Below are positions 1-9,554 of a stretch of 53,836 nucleotides of DNA, piece after piece. The notes below the pieces were generated by a model. The model saw only the letters and a program-made list of their open reading frames with translations. It searched no databases and was not told the origin of the DNA. The stretch's first letter is position 1, and each line of letters starts with the position of its first letter. Source of the DNA: a virus (Duplodnaviria; Caudoviricetes); IMG/VR virus record IMGVR_UViG_3300045257_000186, positions 1 through 53,836 of that record. One strand, given 5' to 3'. Position numbers and translations under genes: made by a program.

Positions 1-135
1 GGGCCATTTCAGGGGCCGGATCGAGAGCGTCGATTTTCCGTCCGATGAGAAAGACAAGAAGTGCCGCTGCGAAATACAAATCCAAGAGTTAGGACTAGTG
101 TGCGAGGGTGAAGGCGAAGAGGATGAGGATTAGTC

Positions 136-363
136 ATGCCCGCTCGTCTGAAAGACACCAAATACGGCGTACATAGGTGGGATCGTTCGCGGTCAGGACT
201 GCGGTTTGTCGGATGGGCGACGGATGATCCAGAATTTCCGCCTGACCAGCCGGCAGAACCCGTGGTGCTGGAAACGCTGCCTGACGGATCGGAGGTAATC
301 GAGGCCGGGGGCGAGGCACCGCCCATCATAGCCGGCCCAAAGCCAGCAAAAAAGAAGAAATGA
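136..363 (+). CDS. hypothetical protein (small, acidic with Lys-rich tail), structural module
   Basis: ORF with GAGGA RBS upstream, in the + strand virion gene run. Confidence 0.6.
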   Translation: MPARLKDTKYGVHRWDRSRSGLRFVGWATDDPEFPPDQPAEPVVLETLPDGSEVIEAGGEAPPIIAGPKPAKKKK

Positions 364-371
364 GGCCCTAA

Positions 372-914
372 ATGTTGCGCTGGTGTTGGCCCGACGGCTT
401 TATCGGCGACGATCCGACCTCTAAGCGCAACGCTCGGTGGCTCGGATTTTTCATCGCCCTATACCTATTGCTGGCCTTTGGCACCGCCGCGTGCTTCGCC
501 CAGGGCGTTATTCTACAAGCCGGGCCGGCCACCCAAGGTCACGCGCCCGCCTACGCTAACCCCTCACAGGCAGGCTCCCAGGCCGTTGTGCTGGATAGCG
601 GCCCCGCCGGAGGCGGCGGTCCTGGCGTTGGCCTAAGCGAACTCAATGTCACCGCGCGCGGTGCCGGGACCGGCCCGAACGGCGAGGTGGCCTGTATCCA
701 AGACGCGCCGACAAACAGCCCGACCGGCTACCACTACCTCTGCCTTTCGGGCGGCGTCAGCGGCAACGGCGTGATAAGCTACGGGGCAGGCGGGACCGCG
801 ACACCAGGAATTCTAATCTTCATCATCAACGGCGTGCTGGTTACGCCTGTGTCATGTACCGGTACGCCGACGTCCAGCTTCGCCGCCGTCAACGGGATCG
901 TGACCCATTGCTAA
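372..914 (+). CDS. hypothetical virion-associated protein with N-terminal hydrophobic segment
   Basis: 180 aa ORF, hydrophobic helix then Gly-rich beta sequence; its stop abuts the next start. Confidence 0.6.
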   Translation: MLRWCWPDGFIGDDPTSKRNARWLGFFIALYLLLAFGTAACFAQGVILQAGPATQGHAPAYANPSQAGSQAVVLDSGPAGGGGPGVGLSELNVTARGAGTGPNGEVACIQDAPTNSPTGYHYLCLSGGVSGNGVISYGAGGTATPGILIFIINGVLVTPVSCTGTPTSSFAAVNGIVTHC

Positions 915-1484
915 ATGGCCATCACCTCAAATGACGTGGCAAATCAGGCCATCCAGCTCATCGGCGATAACCAACCCGCCGTAACCGGGCAGGCGCCGAC
1001 CTTTGACACCTCTACCGCCGGTTTAGCTCTCGCCAAACTCTACGGTCCCTGTGTGCAGACCGTGGGCCGCCAGTTTGCTTGGGACATGGCGCGGCAGACA
1101 ATCGCGCTCACCCTTTCCGGCAATCCCGCGCCGTTCCCCTGGTCGTTTGAATATCTCTATCCGCCCAACGGGATCGAGGTCTGGCAACTTCACCCGAACG
1201 ACCTCGGCGACGTCAATAACCCGCTCCCGATCAACTGGAACGTGGCGAACAACGTGGTGGGCGGCCAGCAGCAGCGCGTGATCTGGGCGAACCTTGCCAA
1301 CGCCTTTGCCACCTACAACAACAACCCGAACGAGAACACTTGGGACAGCTTGTTCCGCGAGGCTGTGGTACGGTTGCTCGCCAGCGAACTCGCCATGGCA
1401 CTTGCTGGAAAACCGGACGCGGCCCAAGGGTTCATCGAAACGGGAAGCGCGTTTGAGACCGTGGCCGAGAGCCGGGAGGACTAG
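915..1484 (+). CDS. tail tubular protein A / head-tail adaptor paralogue 1 (T7 gp11-like)
   Basis: N-terminal 'DVANQAIQLIG', 'WDMARQTIAL', 'WSFEYLYP', 'WDSLFREAVVRLLASELAMAL' pattern typical of podovirus adaptors; lies upstream of the nozzle gene. Confidence 0.75.
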   Translation: MAITSNDVANQAIQLIGDNQPAVTGQAPTFDTSTAGLALAKLYGPCVQTVGRQFAWDMARQTIALTLSGNPAPFPWSFEYLYPPNGIEVWQLHPNDLGDVNNPLPINWNVANNVVGGQQQRVIWANLANAFATYNNNPNENTWDSLFREAVVRLLASELAMALAGKPDAAQGFIETGSAFETVAESRED

Positions 1485-2201
1485 GTGGACAACGTATTTT
1501 CCTTGCGTCGAACCGACCATTTGATGCTAACCGCCGTTTGCACCGGATGTAACAGGGAGTTGCCGGTCAATCGTTTTCGTATTGATCGCTCAACAGTCCG
1601 CCAAAGATCAACACGATGTGTAGACTGCATGGCGGAAACTTATGAACGGCGCGCTGAGCGAAATCACAAGTATCGGGCCGAAGCGATAGCGCAAGGTCAT
1701 TCCAAAAACTGCCGAATATGCGGAATCGAAAAGCCAATAGAGTTGTTTTGCGAATCCGCTCGCAATCAAGGGGGTAGTTCAAACGAATGCAAGGAATGCT
1801 ATCACATTCGTCACAAGGTTTGGCGTGACGCAAACCACGAAAGCCATAGCCGGCATGCGAGGATAAACGCTAGGCGGCGGAGAAAGAGCGCTCCCGAAAA
1901 GCAGGCGCGTTATGCAAAAAAATCGAGATTAAAGACGCTTTACGGCATTTCGGTTGAGCAATTGGAAGTAATGAGGCTTCGACAAGGCAACAGGTGTGCC
2001 ATCTGTGAGGCGGAATTTAGTGGCAAGCCATGGTCCGGAACGGCGATGAATATCGACCACGCGCACGAGAGCCGACTGATTCGAGGATTGCTGTGTACCA
2101 ACTGCAACAAGGCAATCGGCCATTTTAAGGACGACCCTTCCTTGTTGCTAAGAGCCATCGCTTACCTGAACAAGCATCAGCTCCAATGCCTAGCAGTTTA
2201 G
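1485..2201 (+). CDS. endonuclease VII-family (homing-type) endonuclease
   Basis: Repeated CxxC zinc motifs and C-terminal 'YGI..QGNRCAIC..IDHAH..IRGLLCTNCNKAIGHFKDD' EndoVII signature. Confidence 0.85.
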   Translation: MDNVFSLRRTDHLMLTAVCTGCNRELPVNRFRIDRSTVRQRSTRCVDCMAETYERRAERNHKYRAEAIAQGHSKNCRICGIEKPIELFCESARNQGGSSNECKECYHIRHKVWRDANHESHSRHARINARRRRKSAPEKQARYAKKSRLKTLYGISVEQLEVMRLRQGNRCAICEAEFSGKPWSGTAMNIDHAHESRLIRGLLCTNCNKAIGHFKDDPSLLLRAIAYLNKHQLQCLAV

Positions 2202-2788
2202 CCTCGCCCGCCGACCTGATCAACGCTGCGGTCACGCGCGTTGGCTATAAAGACCGCATCGGCTCGCTGTACGAGGGCTCGAAGCTCGCCAAGAAGGCTT
2301 TGGACGTATATTCCCAAACTCGCGACCAGTTACTCCGCGAAGGCGAGTGGCCGTTCGCGCAGCGCGACACGCCCGGCACCTTAATCAAGCAGGCACCGGC
2401 TGGCGGCTATTTTGGCGCGACAGTATGGAGCAATACCTACCCGCCGCTGCCGTGGCTGTACGAGTACGCCTACGGGAGCGACTTCATTAAGGTCCGCGCG
2501 GTCAAGCCCAGCCTCATCCTGCTCCCCAATTTCAGCCCGCAGCCGCACCTTTTTGCCGTCGCCAACGACGGCAACGAGCGGGTGATCCTCTCCAACGTGG
2601 CAAACGCTGTGGTGACGTATGTTGGGCAAATCACCGATCCGACGGACATGCCGCCTGATTTTATTGAGGCGCTTTGCGCGTCTCTCGCGCGCCGCCTCGC
2701 GCCGATCCTCGCCAACCTCGATGCGGTCAAACTCGAGGCGCAAGACGAGATGGTGGAAACGCAAGTCGCCGAACGTCAACAAGGGTAG
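2186..2788 (+). CDS. tail tubular protein A paralogue 2
   Basis: 'DLINAAVTRVG', 'RDQLLREGEWPFA', 'WLYEYAY', 'MPPDFIEALCASLARRLA' adaptor motifs. Confidence 0.75.
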   Translation: MPSSLASPADLINAAVTRVGYKDRIGSLYEGSKLAKKALDVYSQTRDQLLREGEWPFAQRDTPGTLIKQAPAGGYFGATVWSNTYPPLPWLYEYAYGSDFIKVRAVKPSLILLPNFSPQPHLFAVANDGNERVILSNVANAVVTYVGQITDPTDMPPDFIEALCASLARRLAPILANLDAVKLEAQDEMVETQVAERQQG

Positions 2789-2794
2789 GAAATG

Positions 2795-3301
2795 TCAGCG
2801 CAACCTTGCGAATTCTCCGTGATATTTCCTTACCGCATCAGCATAGGCCTGCGCGGCATCTTCCAAGTTAGGGAACGCTCCGAGGAATTTGCCCGAGCCG
2901 TTCAGCCTTATAAAGGCGTACCACGTCATAGCTTTTCGGTTCCAGCTTACGCCTTTGTGGCCAGACTTATTGTTGCTTTGAGCGGGACGATTGCACTGGT
3001 TTTGTCCTCGCGTCGCCTCGCGAAGATTATAAAATGTGTCGTTGCCTCGGTCGCCGTCTATGTGATCGATCTCCTGCCGCGGCGACTCTCCCGTCACGTA
3101 GAACCACGCAAGCCGGTGAGCAAAATAACGCTTCTTGTCTATTCTTATATTAGAATAGCCTTCACTATGCCTGCTGCCAGCAAGCGAGCCGGCAACGCCG
3201 GTGGCGGACAACGTAACCTTCCAGGTAAAAACTCCGGTTTCTGGGCAATAATCCAGCACTTCGCGGAGGCGGTCATAGGTGATAAGGGGCTTGTCAGTCA
3301 T
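2795..3301 (-). CDS. HNH homing endonuclease with C-terminal AP2 domain
   Basis: 'LDYCPETGVFTW', 'AHRLAWFY', 'IDHIDGDRGND..NLREAT..QN', AP2-like 'SGHKGVSW..FLGAF..AAQAY..HGEFA'; ATG at 3301 with GGAGG RBS. Confidence 0.9.
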   Translation of the reverse strand: MTDKPLITYDRLREVLDYCPETGVFTWKVTLSATGVAGSLAGSRHSEGYSNIRIDKKRYFAHRLAWFYVTGESPRQEIDHIDGDRGNDTFYNLREATRGQNQCNRPAQSNNKSGHKGVSWNRKAMTWYAFIRLNGSGKFLGAFPNLEDAAQAYADAVRKYHGEFARLR

Positions 3302-3326
3302 TTGTCGCCTCCCCGACAGGTGATTA

Positions 3327-3362
3327 GGGGATCGAAAGCCGCGTCCAACGGCTTCGGTCCCC
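3327..3362. promoter_or_regulatory. strong hairpin in the leader of the HNH-AP2 gene
   Basis: GGGGATCGAAAGCCG-cgtccaa-CGGCTTCGGTCCCC inverted repeat. Confidence 0.55.
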
Positions 3363-3393
3363 GTCTTTATGAGACAAATTATGGGCTGGGGCA

Positions 3394-4287
3394 ATGAATT
3401 TACCTTCGGATTTGGCCCAACAAGCCATAGACGCTTCTGGGGTGGATTACCTTCTCGGCGACATCGAGGATGGTTCGCGCGCCGCACAGGTGATCTTGCG
3501 CGCCTATCAGCAATGCCTCATGCAACTCCTTCGCGGCGCCAATTGGGACTTTGCCAGAAAGACCGCGCAACTCACGCTCCTGGCCGATGCCACGGGGAAT
3601 ACTCCTAATGTTGGTACGGTTGTTCCTGTGCCGTGGACTTTTGAATATTCTTATCCTCCCGACTGTGTGAAAGCCCGTTTCATCCCTTGGAACCAAGCCA
3701 CACAGAACCCCGGCATTCCGCCCGGCAATATCACGCCGCCCAATCCCGGCTCGCCTATCGTCACCGGTCTCGGCAATCCACAGATCGGGGCGGGCAGGAT
3801 CAGACCCGCGCGGTTTGTGATCGCGACCGACAGCAACTACCCGCCGCCTGCCGGCTCAGCGTCATGGGAAACGCAGGGCGTTAGTCCTGCCGGCCGCACG
3901 GTCGTTCTGACCAACGTGAAGTTTGCCTATCTGGTCTATACGCAACTCGTCCTCTACCCGAGCCAGTGGGATGCTACCTTCCGCGCCGCACTGGTATCCT
4001 ATCTCGCCAGTGAGATCGCGCTGCCGCTCGCCACTGATAAGAAGCTTGGGCTGACCATGCGGGCACAGAACATCGCAATCGCCAAGTCCAAGATCGAGGC
4101 CGCCCGCATCAAGGACGGTAACGAGGGCTTCTACTCGTCCGATCTGCGCGTGGACTGGATGGCCGCTCGCTTTACCGGCGGTGCCGGCGGGTGGGGCAGT
4201 AATTGGGGCGATGGCGGAGGGTTCGGGCCAGCGACGCCCTGGGGAGGTTGGGACGCCTGCGGGTTTGCTGACGGCACGGCGTACTAG
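3394..4287 (+). CDS. tail tubular protein A paralogue 3 (with Pro-rich insert and Gly/Trp-rich tail)
   Basis: 'DLAQQAIDASG', 'LLRGANWDFARKTAQL', 'WTFEYSYPPDC', 'WDATFRAALVSYLASEIALPL', 'ARIKDGNE'. Confidence 0.75.
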   Translation: MNLPSDLAQQAIDASGVDYLLGDIEDGSRAAQVILRAYQQCLMQLLRGANWDFARKTAQLTLLADATGNTPNVGTVVPVPWTFEYSYPPDCVKARFIPWNQATQNPGIPPGNITPPNPGSPIVTGLGNPQIGAGRIRPARFVIATDSNYPPPAGSASWETQGVSPAGRTVVLTNVKFAYLVYTQLVLYPSQWDATFRAALVSYLASEIALPLATDKKLGLTMRAQNIAIAKSKIEAARIKDGNEGFYSSDLRVDWMAARFTGGAGGWGSNWGDGGGFGPATPWGGWDACGFADGTAY

Positions 4288-4309
4288 ATGATCCGGCAAG
4301 GGGACGAAA

Positions 4310-4717
4310 ATGCCCACGGTGATCGTGACACTTGACGACGGGACGGAAATCTATTCGATCGGATTTTCTGACGGTGATTGGACCACGCTACTCGCGCCCA
4401 TCGTAGCGCAGCATCATAGTACGATCCTGGTGAGCGATGCCGTTCCGGGCATTCCTGCGGTTTTAGCAGCGGATGGCGTAACGGTTGTCACGCCGGCGAT
4501 TGACCCCATCCCTGCGGTTTATCGTGATATCACGCCAAACGAGGCCTTGGCGCTTCGGTTCGATAGCCTTTTTCAAACGCTCATCCGCGATGCGTTAACA
4601 ATTGCACAACAGTCGCTCGCGCCCCTCTCCGCGGCCGCACTCACGTCCCTTAATCCAATACCGACGTCGATCAATGTCGCGGTTGTTACCACTCCGCCTA
4701 TCAAGCCACTGGTCTAA
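4310..4717 (+). CDS. hypothetical protein
   Basis: 135 aa ORF with GGGGA RBS; stop abuts nozzle gene start. Confidence 0.6.
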   Translation: MPTVIVTLDDGTEIYSIGFSDGDWTTLLAPIVAQHHSTILVSDAVPGIPAVLAADGVTVVTPAIDPIPAVYRDITPNEALALRFDSLFQTLIRDALTIAQQSLAPLSAAALTSLNPIPTSINVAVVTTPPIKPLV

Positions 4718-7702
4718 ATGGCAACGCCGCTTCTCATCCCGGCTTTCACGCACGGCGAGATCGCGCCCAATTTGTTCGGGCGACAAGACCTTGCACAGAT
4801 GCACACCGCCGCGACGACCATGAGAAATCTATTTGTCTCCTATAAGGGCGGCGCGTATTCCCGTCCTGGCACGCGCTTCGTCGGCTGGTCGGCGCAGACC
4901 GGCAGGGGCTTCCCGCCGCGGCTGATCCCGTTCCAATTTTCGATCAATCAAGGGTTGATCCTCGAGTTCGGCAATTTCTATATGCGTGTGATCCTCAACG
5001 GCGCATTCGTTACCGAAGCGCCGATCCCGATCACCAATGTCACCCAAGCCAACCCCGGCGTGGTCACGGCGGCAGGCATCGCAGGAGCCACCGCAACGCC
5101 GGACAATTCGGCAATTGTTTCCAGCTATGCGCCAGGCGATACGATCACGCTTGACAGCGGGATATTCATCACCCGCGCTGTGCTGCAAGTCACCAATACG
5201 ATCCTGATTTCGTGCGCGCCCTTGAACCGCGGCGTAAGCGGCTATGTGCCGGGCGACACAATCACGCTGGCCGGCGGAACGGCAGTTACCCCGGCGGTTC
5301 TCACCCTGAATACAACGCGGGTTATTTCCGCGACCATAGCCGCTGCGGGCAGCGGCGGTACGCCGGGCACAGCGATCGTCACCGGCACTACCGGGGTGGG
5401 CACGAAATTCCAGGCACAGGTCACAATCGACGGGACCGGGAAGCTGTTTTCGGTCAATGCGATTACTTTCGCTGGCGGCTATACGACCAATCCGACGTCC
5501 CTGTCCAACGAACCCGTTACGGGCGGTGGTCTTTCGGGTGCCCAACTTTCGCTCGCCATGGGCGTCGATACCTATTTCGTTTCCAATGGCGGCAATTACA
5601 CCATCAACCCGGCGGGTGGAGTGTTCACCCAAGCCGGGTCCAGCGGCATCGGCACCGGCGCCACATTCCAATCGGCGATCTTCGGCCCGCTTATCGTCAC
5701 CTTTATCAATCCGGGGGTTTACATCGACCATCCCGGCAATCCGGTTGGGCAATTCTCGTCTAGCGGCGGCGGCAACGGCGCGCTCTTCAACGTCACTTGG
5801 GCAGCCTCGAGCGCCAACGGTTTTGTGACCGGAGATTGGGTCTTTATCGATGGCGTCGAGGGCATGACTGAACTTGACGGGCAGACGTTTATAATTCAGG
5901 TGGACTCGCCAACGACTTTCTCGCTGTTCGACGTGTTCGGCAATGCGGTCGATACCACCGTATTCCCGGCCTATACGGGGGGCGGCACCGTCGCCCGCAT
6001 CTTCACCTTGCCGACGATCTACGGCGAGGCGGATTTGGAGTGGCTGAAATTCACTCAGAGCGCCGACGTAATGACGCTGTGCTGCGTCAATCAGATCACC
6101 GGCACCGAATACCCGCCGCAGGATTTGGCGCGGTTCTCAGACACCGATTGGGTCTTTACGCCCGTGGTTCCGGTACCGAGCATTGGGCCGCCGACCATCG
6201 TTAGCGTGCGCTATACCGGAGCCCCGGACCCCAACCTTGGCCAAACCTGGTACTCGTACAAGGTCACGGCGGTCGCCAAGGATGGGACCGAGAGCGTTGC
6301 CTCTAACATTCTGACGCTGCAAAGCGGCAACGATTTCACCCTGGTCGCCGGGACGGTCACGGTGACATGGACCTCGGTTGCCGGCGCTGTCGGCTATAAC
6401 ATTTACCGGGCCGAGCTTGGCTTTGGCTCCGAGACCCAGAGCGCGGCACCTCCGGTTGGTGCGCTTTATGGCTTCATCGGAACCTCTTTCGGTACTCAAT
6501 TTGCCGACAGCAATATCATTCCCGACTTCACCCAGGTTCCGCCGCTGCACATGGACCCCTTTGCGCGCGGCCAAATTATCAGCGCCGAGATCGACAATTC
6601 CGGCTCCGGCTACTCGTCGGCCACCGTTACCGTCAATACCTCGACCGGTTCCGGCGCGGTCATCGAGGCGGTTATTCAGTTTGCCGACGGCGGTGGCGGG
6701 TTTAGCACCGGAACGCTGTTGACAGGACAAGTCGTGGCCTTGTTGGTGGTCGACCCCGGCAACGGCTATCTGCCCGGCGACACGATCACGATCAGCGGTA
6801 ACGGCTTTGGCGCGACCGGGCACCTCGAGATCGGGCCGGAAACCGGCACCTATCCGAGCACGGTCAATTACTTCCAGCAACGCCGCGTGTTCGGCGATAG
6901 CTTGAACAACCCCGACACTTATTGGATGAGCCAGCCCGGCGCTTTCACCAATTTCGACAGCCGCATCCCCACGATCGCCTCCGACGCGATCACCGGCTCA
7001 CCGTGGAGCACGCAAGTCAACGGCATCCAATTCTTCGTCCTCATGCCGGCCGGTCTGGCGACGCTCACCGGTCTGTCCGCTTGGTTGCTGGTCGGCGCCG
7101 GCTCGTTCGCGACCAATGTGCAGCCGATCTCGCCCTCGAGCCAAGTCGCAAACCCGCTCGCCTTCACCGGATGCTCGCCGCTCCTGCCGCCGATCAAGAT
7201 CAACTACGACATCATCTACGTCACCAGCAAAGGCAGCTATTATTACGATCTGCCGTACCAGCTTTACGCGCTGTCGGAGCCGATCGATCTGACGATCTTC
7301 TCGTCGCACCTGTTTGATGAATTCACTATGCGCGAGCACACATGGGCGGAAGTGCCGTTCAAGCTGTTGTGGGCGGTGCGCAACGACGGCATTCTGCTGT
7401 CCATGACCTATCTGAAACAGCAACAGGTCAACGGATGGGCGCGGCACGATACCAACGGGCATTTTTGGAGCATTGCCTCGGTTGTCGAGCCGGTGATCGC
7501 CAATCCTGAACTCGGCGATATTCCGGCGCAGAAGGCCGACGCGGTTTACTTTGCCGTGGAAAGGGGCTTGCTGATCGGGGCGACCGGAGGAACGGGGGCG
7601 ACCGGAGGGACGGGCGGGACGGGCGCGACCGCCGCTGGTGCGTTTTTACTTTTCGACTCAGAACTGTTCACCTTGCCGGGCGGCACGCCCGCTGTGGTTT
7701 GA
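4718..7702 (+). CDS. tail tubular protein B / nozzle, N-terminal portion, with inserted beta-rich domains
   Basis: Start 'AFTHGEIAPNLFGRQDL..RPGTRFVG..RLIPFQFS..LILEFG', then 'FTQSADVM', 'YPSTVNYFQQRRVF', 'GWARHDTNG'; homology ends at 'AVYFAVER'. Confidence 0.85.
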   Translation: MATPLLIPAFTHGEIAPNLFGRQDLAQMHTAATTMRNLFVSYKGGAYSRPGTRFVGWSAQTGRGFPPRLIPFQFSINQGLILEFGNFYMRVILNGAFVTEAPIPITNVTQANPGVVTAAGIAGATATPDNSAIVSSYAPGDTITLDSGIFITRAVLQVTNTILISCAPLNRGVSGYVPGDTITLAGGTAVTPAVLTLNTTRVISATIAAAGSGGTPGTAIVTGTTGVGTKFQAQVTIDGTGKLFSVNAITFAGGYTTNPTSLSNEPVTGGGLSGAQLSLAMGVDTYFVSNGGNYTINPAGGVFTQAGSSGIGTGATFQSAIFGPLIVTFINPGVYIDHPGNPVGQFSSSGGGNGALFNVTWAASSANGFVTGDWVFIDGVEGMTELDGQTFIIQVDSPTTFSLFDVFGNAVDTTVFPAYTGGGTVARIFTLPTIYGEADLEWLKFTQSADVMTLCCVNQITGTEYPPQDLARFSDTDWVFTPVVPVPSIGPPTIVSVRYTGAPDPNLGQTWYSYKVTAVAKDGTESVASNILTLQSGNDFTLVAGTVTVTWTSVAGAVGYNIYRAELGFGSETQSAAPPVGALYGFIGTSFGTQFADSNIIPDFTQVPPLHMDPFARGQIISAEIDNSGSGYSSATVTVNTSTGSGAVIEAVIQFADGGGGFSTGTLLTGQVVALLVVDPGNGYLPGDTITISGNGFGATGHLEIGPETGTYPSTVNYFQQRRVFGDSLNNPDTYWMSQPGAFTNFDSRIPTIASDAITGSPWSTQVNGIQFFVLMPAGLATLTGLSAWLLVGAGSFATNVQPISPSSQVANPLAFTGCSPLLPPIKINYDIIYVTSKGSYYYDLPYQLYALSEPIDLTIFSSHLFDEFTMREHTWAEVPFKLLWAVRNDGILLSMTYLKQQQVNGWARHDTNGHFWSIASVVEPVIANPELGDIPAQKADAVYFAVERGLLIGATGGTGATGGTGGTGATAAGAFLLFDSELFTLPGGTPAVV

Positions 7703-7715
7703 AAGGACACCCGCC

Positions 7716-8084
7716 ATGGGTACGCTGACGATCCCGACCGTTCCGTTTACCTTACAGACCACGAACCAATTGCCGCCCTACGCAATCGGGACGACTTTGA
7801 GCGCGGCCAGCTACACGTTTGGCCCAGCCGATGCGCAGGTAATTATCCCGTTCAATTCGGGAAGCGGCCAAGTCGCCACTATCCCCGCCGATACTTTCCA
7901 GGTTGGCACGCAATTGACTGGCGTTCAGATGGGTGCCGGAGCCTTGACCTTCGCATCGGGGAACGGCGTCACTTTATTGCCAGCAGGCATCCTTGTCACG
8001 GCGGGCCGGTACGGCATGGTTTCGGTCCTGCAAATGTCGACAAATGTCTGGATTGCGCTCGGCGCTTTCCTCTTTACTCCTTAA
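7716..8084 (+). CDS. small fibre-tip-like beta domain protein
   Basis: AAAGGA RBS; resembles the C-terminal domain of 52174-53430 ('YT..D..I..TI....GTQ....W I.G'). Confidence 0.6.
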   Translation: MGTLTIPTVPFTLQTTNQLPPYAIGTTLSAASYTFGPADAQVIIPFNSGSGQVATIPADTFQVGTQLTGVQMGAGALTFASGNGVTLLPAGILVTAGRYGMVSVLQMSTNVWIALGAFLFTP

Positions 8085-8095
8085 AGGAAACGACG

Positions 8096-9376
8096 ATGGT
8101 CGCGCCTACGACACCGGGCCGCCAAGCGCCAACGCTTCCGCCGATCGTCGATACGATACCGACTCCTCCCGGCGTGAATATTACGCTTACGAATGTGAGC
8201 GATAGCCCCGTGGATACCGTCGATTTCGGGATCATTGCACCGCAAACAAGCATAACGGTGAACGGATTTAATTCATTCATCGCCACGGCTATCCAAAATG
8301 GTCTGTTGAGGCCGCAAGCGACTAAGAGCCCCCAAGATATGGCACCGAGTTACGGTTACATCAGGGTCAAGGCGCAAACCGACGATCCTGACGTAACTCC
8401 GACGCTGAGCTTTCAGGGGTTTGCGAACCGAACGATCGGGCAAACAAATGTCGCTTTGACTTCTGAGCCGCCGGCGGCGGGCGACTTGCACTACGTTTTC
8501 AAGGGTTCGGCAACCTTCGCTGCCGCACCGCAGAACGCGGCGGTGGCAAGCGTTGATATTAAGCTGCATTTCGATACGACGGGTTCAGGCTCTGGCAAAA
8601 TCACCTTCAATGTCGACGTTCTTTCGTTGCTTGCCGTGTCCGAGATTCAGATCAATTTCGGTCGGTTCCAATACGCATCCCTGCGTGTTTTCCAGAACAC
8701 CTCGACGCGGTACATTTCCATCAGCCTACCCTCGCCACCACCGCCGATAACCGACAGTTACCAGGACATTGCTGTGGCTTTTGATGCGCCGATCTTGGTC
8801 TCGCTCTACGGCTCCGGCAATTCCGACCCGACATTGCCGACCGACGCCGATGTGGAGATTACCGGCAGCTATAATCTGGTTAACCGCGCCTGGTCGTTGA
8901 CCCAGATGCCGCCTGTTTTCTCCTACCCACAGCGCGCCGCCTTCTATATGTGCCCGTGCCCGGAGGATTTTCCCCCGTTCGACAATACTCTGGCGCTGGG
9001 CTTCTTTCAGGACGTCAATGGCCAGCCAACCCAGCAGGGCACGGCAGGAAGCATTTTTGACACCGACGGCAGCAGCTTGATTGCCGGCACCTATCACAGT
9101 CTACCGCCGCTGACGGTCAATGTCGGGCCACCACCGGCCGGCCAGTATTGGACCCACATTGTCAACCTATCCTCCGCGAACGGCGTTCTCTCCGGAAATG
9201 TAGCCACCAATGTCGGCACCGTCGGACCGCGGGCGACATTCGACTTTAGTAAAACCACATTCACGTCCACTAGTCCGTCTCTGTCTCTAAAGGTGGCTGG
9301 CTCCGTCGCCGTGCCAGGATCAGGAACGAACGTTGTGCCCTTGGATGGAGAGCTTGCTAAATTCGTGGATGCCTGA
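8096..9376 (+). CDS. hypothetical beta-rich virion protein (candidate receptor-binding/accessory tail protein)
   Basis: 426 aa, Thr/Ser/Pro-rich, AAGGA RBS, inside the nozzle insertion. Confidence 0.6.
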   Translation: MVAPTTPGRQAPTLPPIVDTIPTPPGVNITLTNVSDSPVDTVDFGIIAPQTSITVNGFNSFIATAIQNGLLRPQATKSPQDMAPSYGYIRVKAQTDDPDVTPTLSFQGFANRTIGQTNVALTSEPPAAGDLHYVFKGSATFAAAPQNAAVASVDIKLHFDTTGSGSGKITFNVDVLSLLAVSEIQINFGRFQYASLRVFQNTSTRYISISLPSPPPPITDSYQDIAVAFDAPILVSLYGSGNSDPTLPTDADVEITGSYNLVNRAWSLTQMPPVFSYPQRAAFYMCPCPEDFPPFDNTLALGFFQDVNGQPTQQGTAGSIFDTDGSSLIAGTYHSLPPLTVNVGPPPAGQYWTHIVNLSSANGVLSGNVATNVGTVGPRATFDFSKTTFTSTSPSLSLKVAGSVAVPGSGTNVVPLDGELAKFVDA

Positions 9377-9392
9377 AAATAGGAGTTAAGTG

Positions 9393-9554
9393 ATGAAAAT
9401 GCGCAGCCCGACCGTCGTTGAAAAGAGCCTAATCGCGATCAGTTTGGCCTTCACCGCAATACTGTCGGCCTTCTTCTTCTACCGCGTGCCGCTCGCCGAT
9501 ATGCAGAAGCGTTTTCAGCCACCTCACTTCATCGATAATTTGAATAGACCGTAA
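9393..9554 (+). CDS. small membrane peptide (53 aa)
   Basis: AGGAG RBS; MKMRSPTVVEKSLIAISLAFTAILSAFFFYRVP...; TAATG overlap with next gene. Confidence 0.5.
   Translation: MKMRSPTVVEKSLIAISLAFTAILSAFFFYRVPLADMQKRFQPPHFIDNLNRP

Noticed and set aside
2792-3397. 201 aa plus-strand ORF
   Set aside because: It is the antisense shadow of the HNH-AP2 gene.
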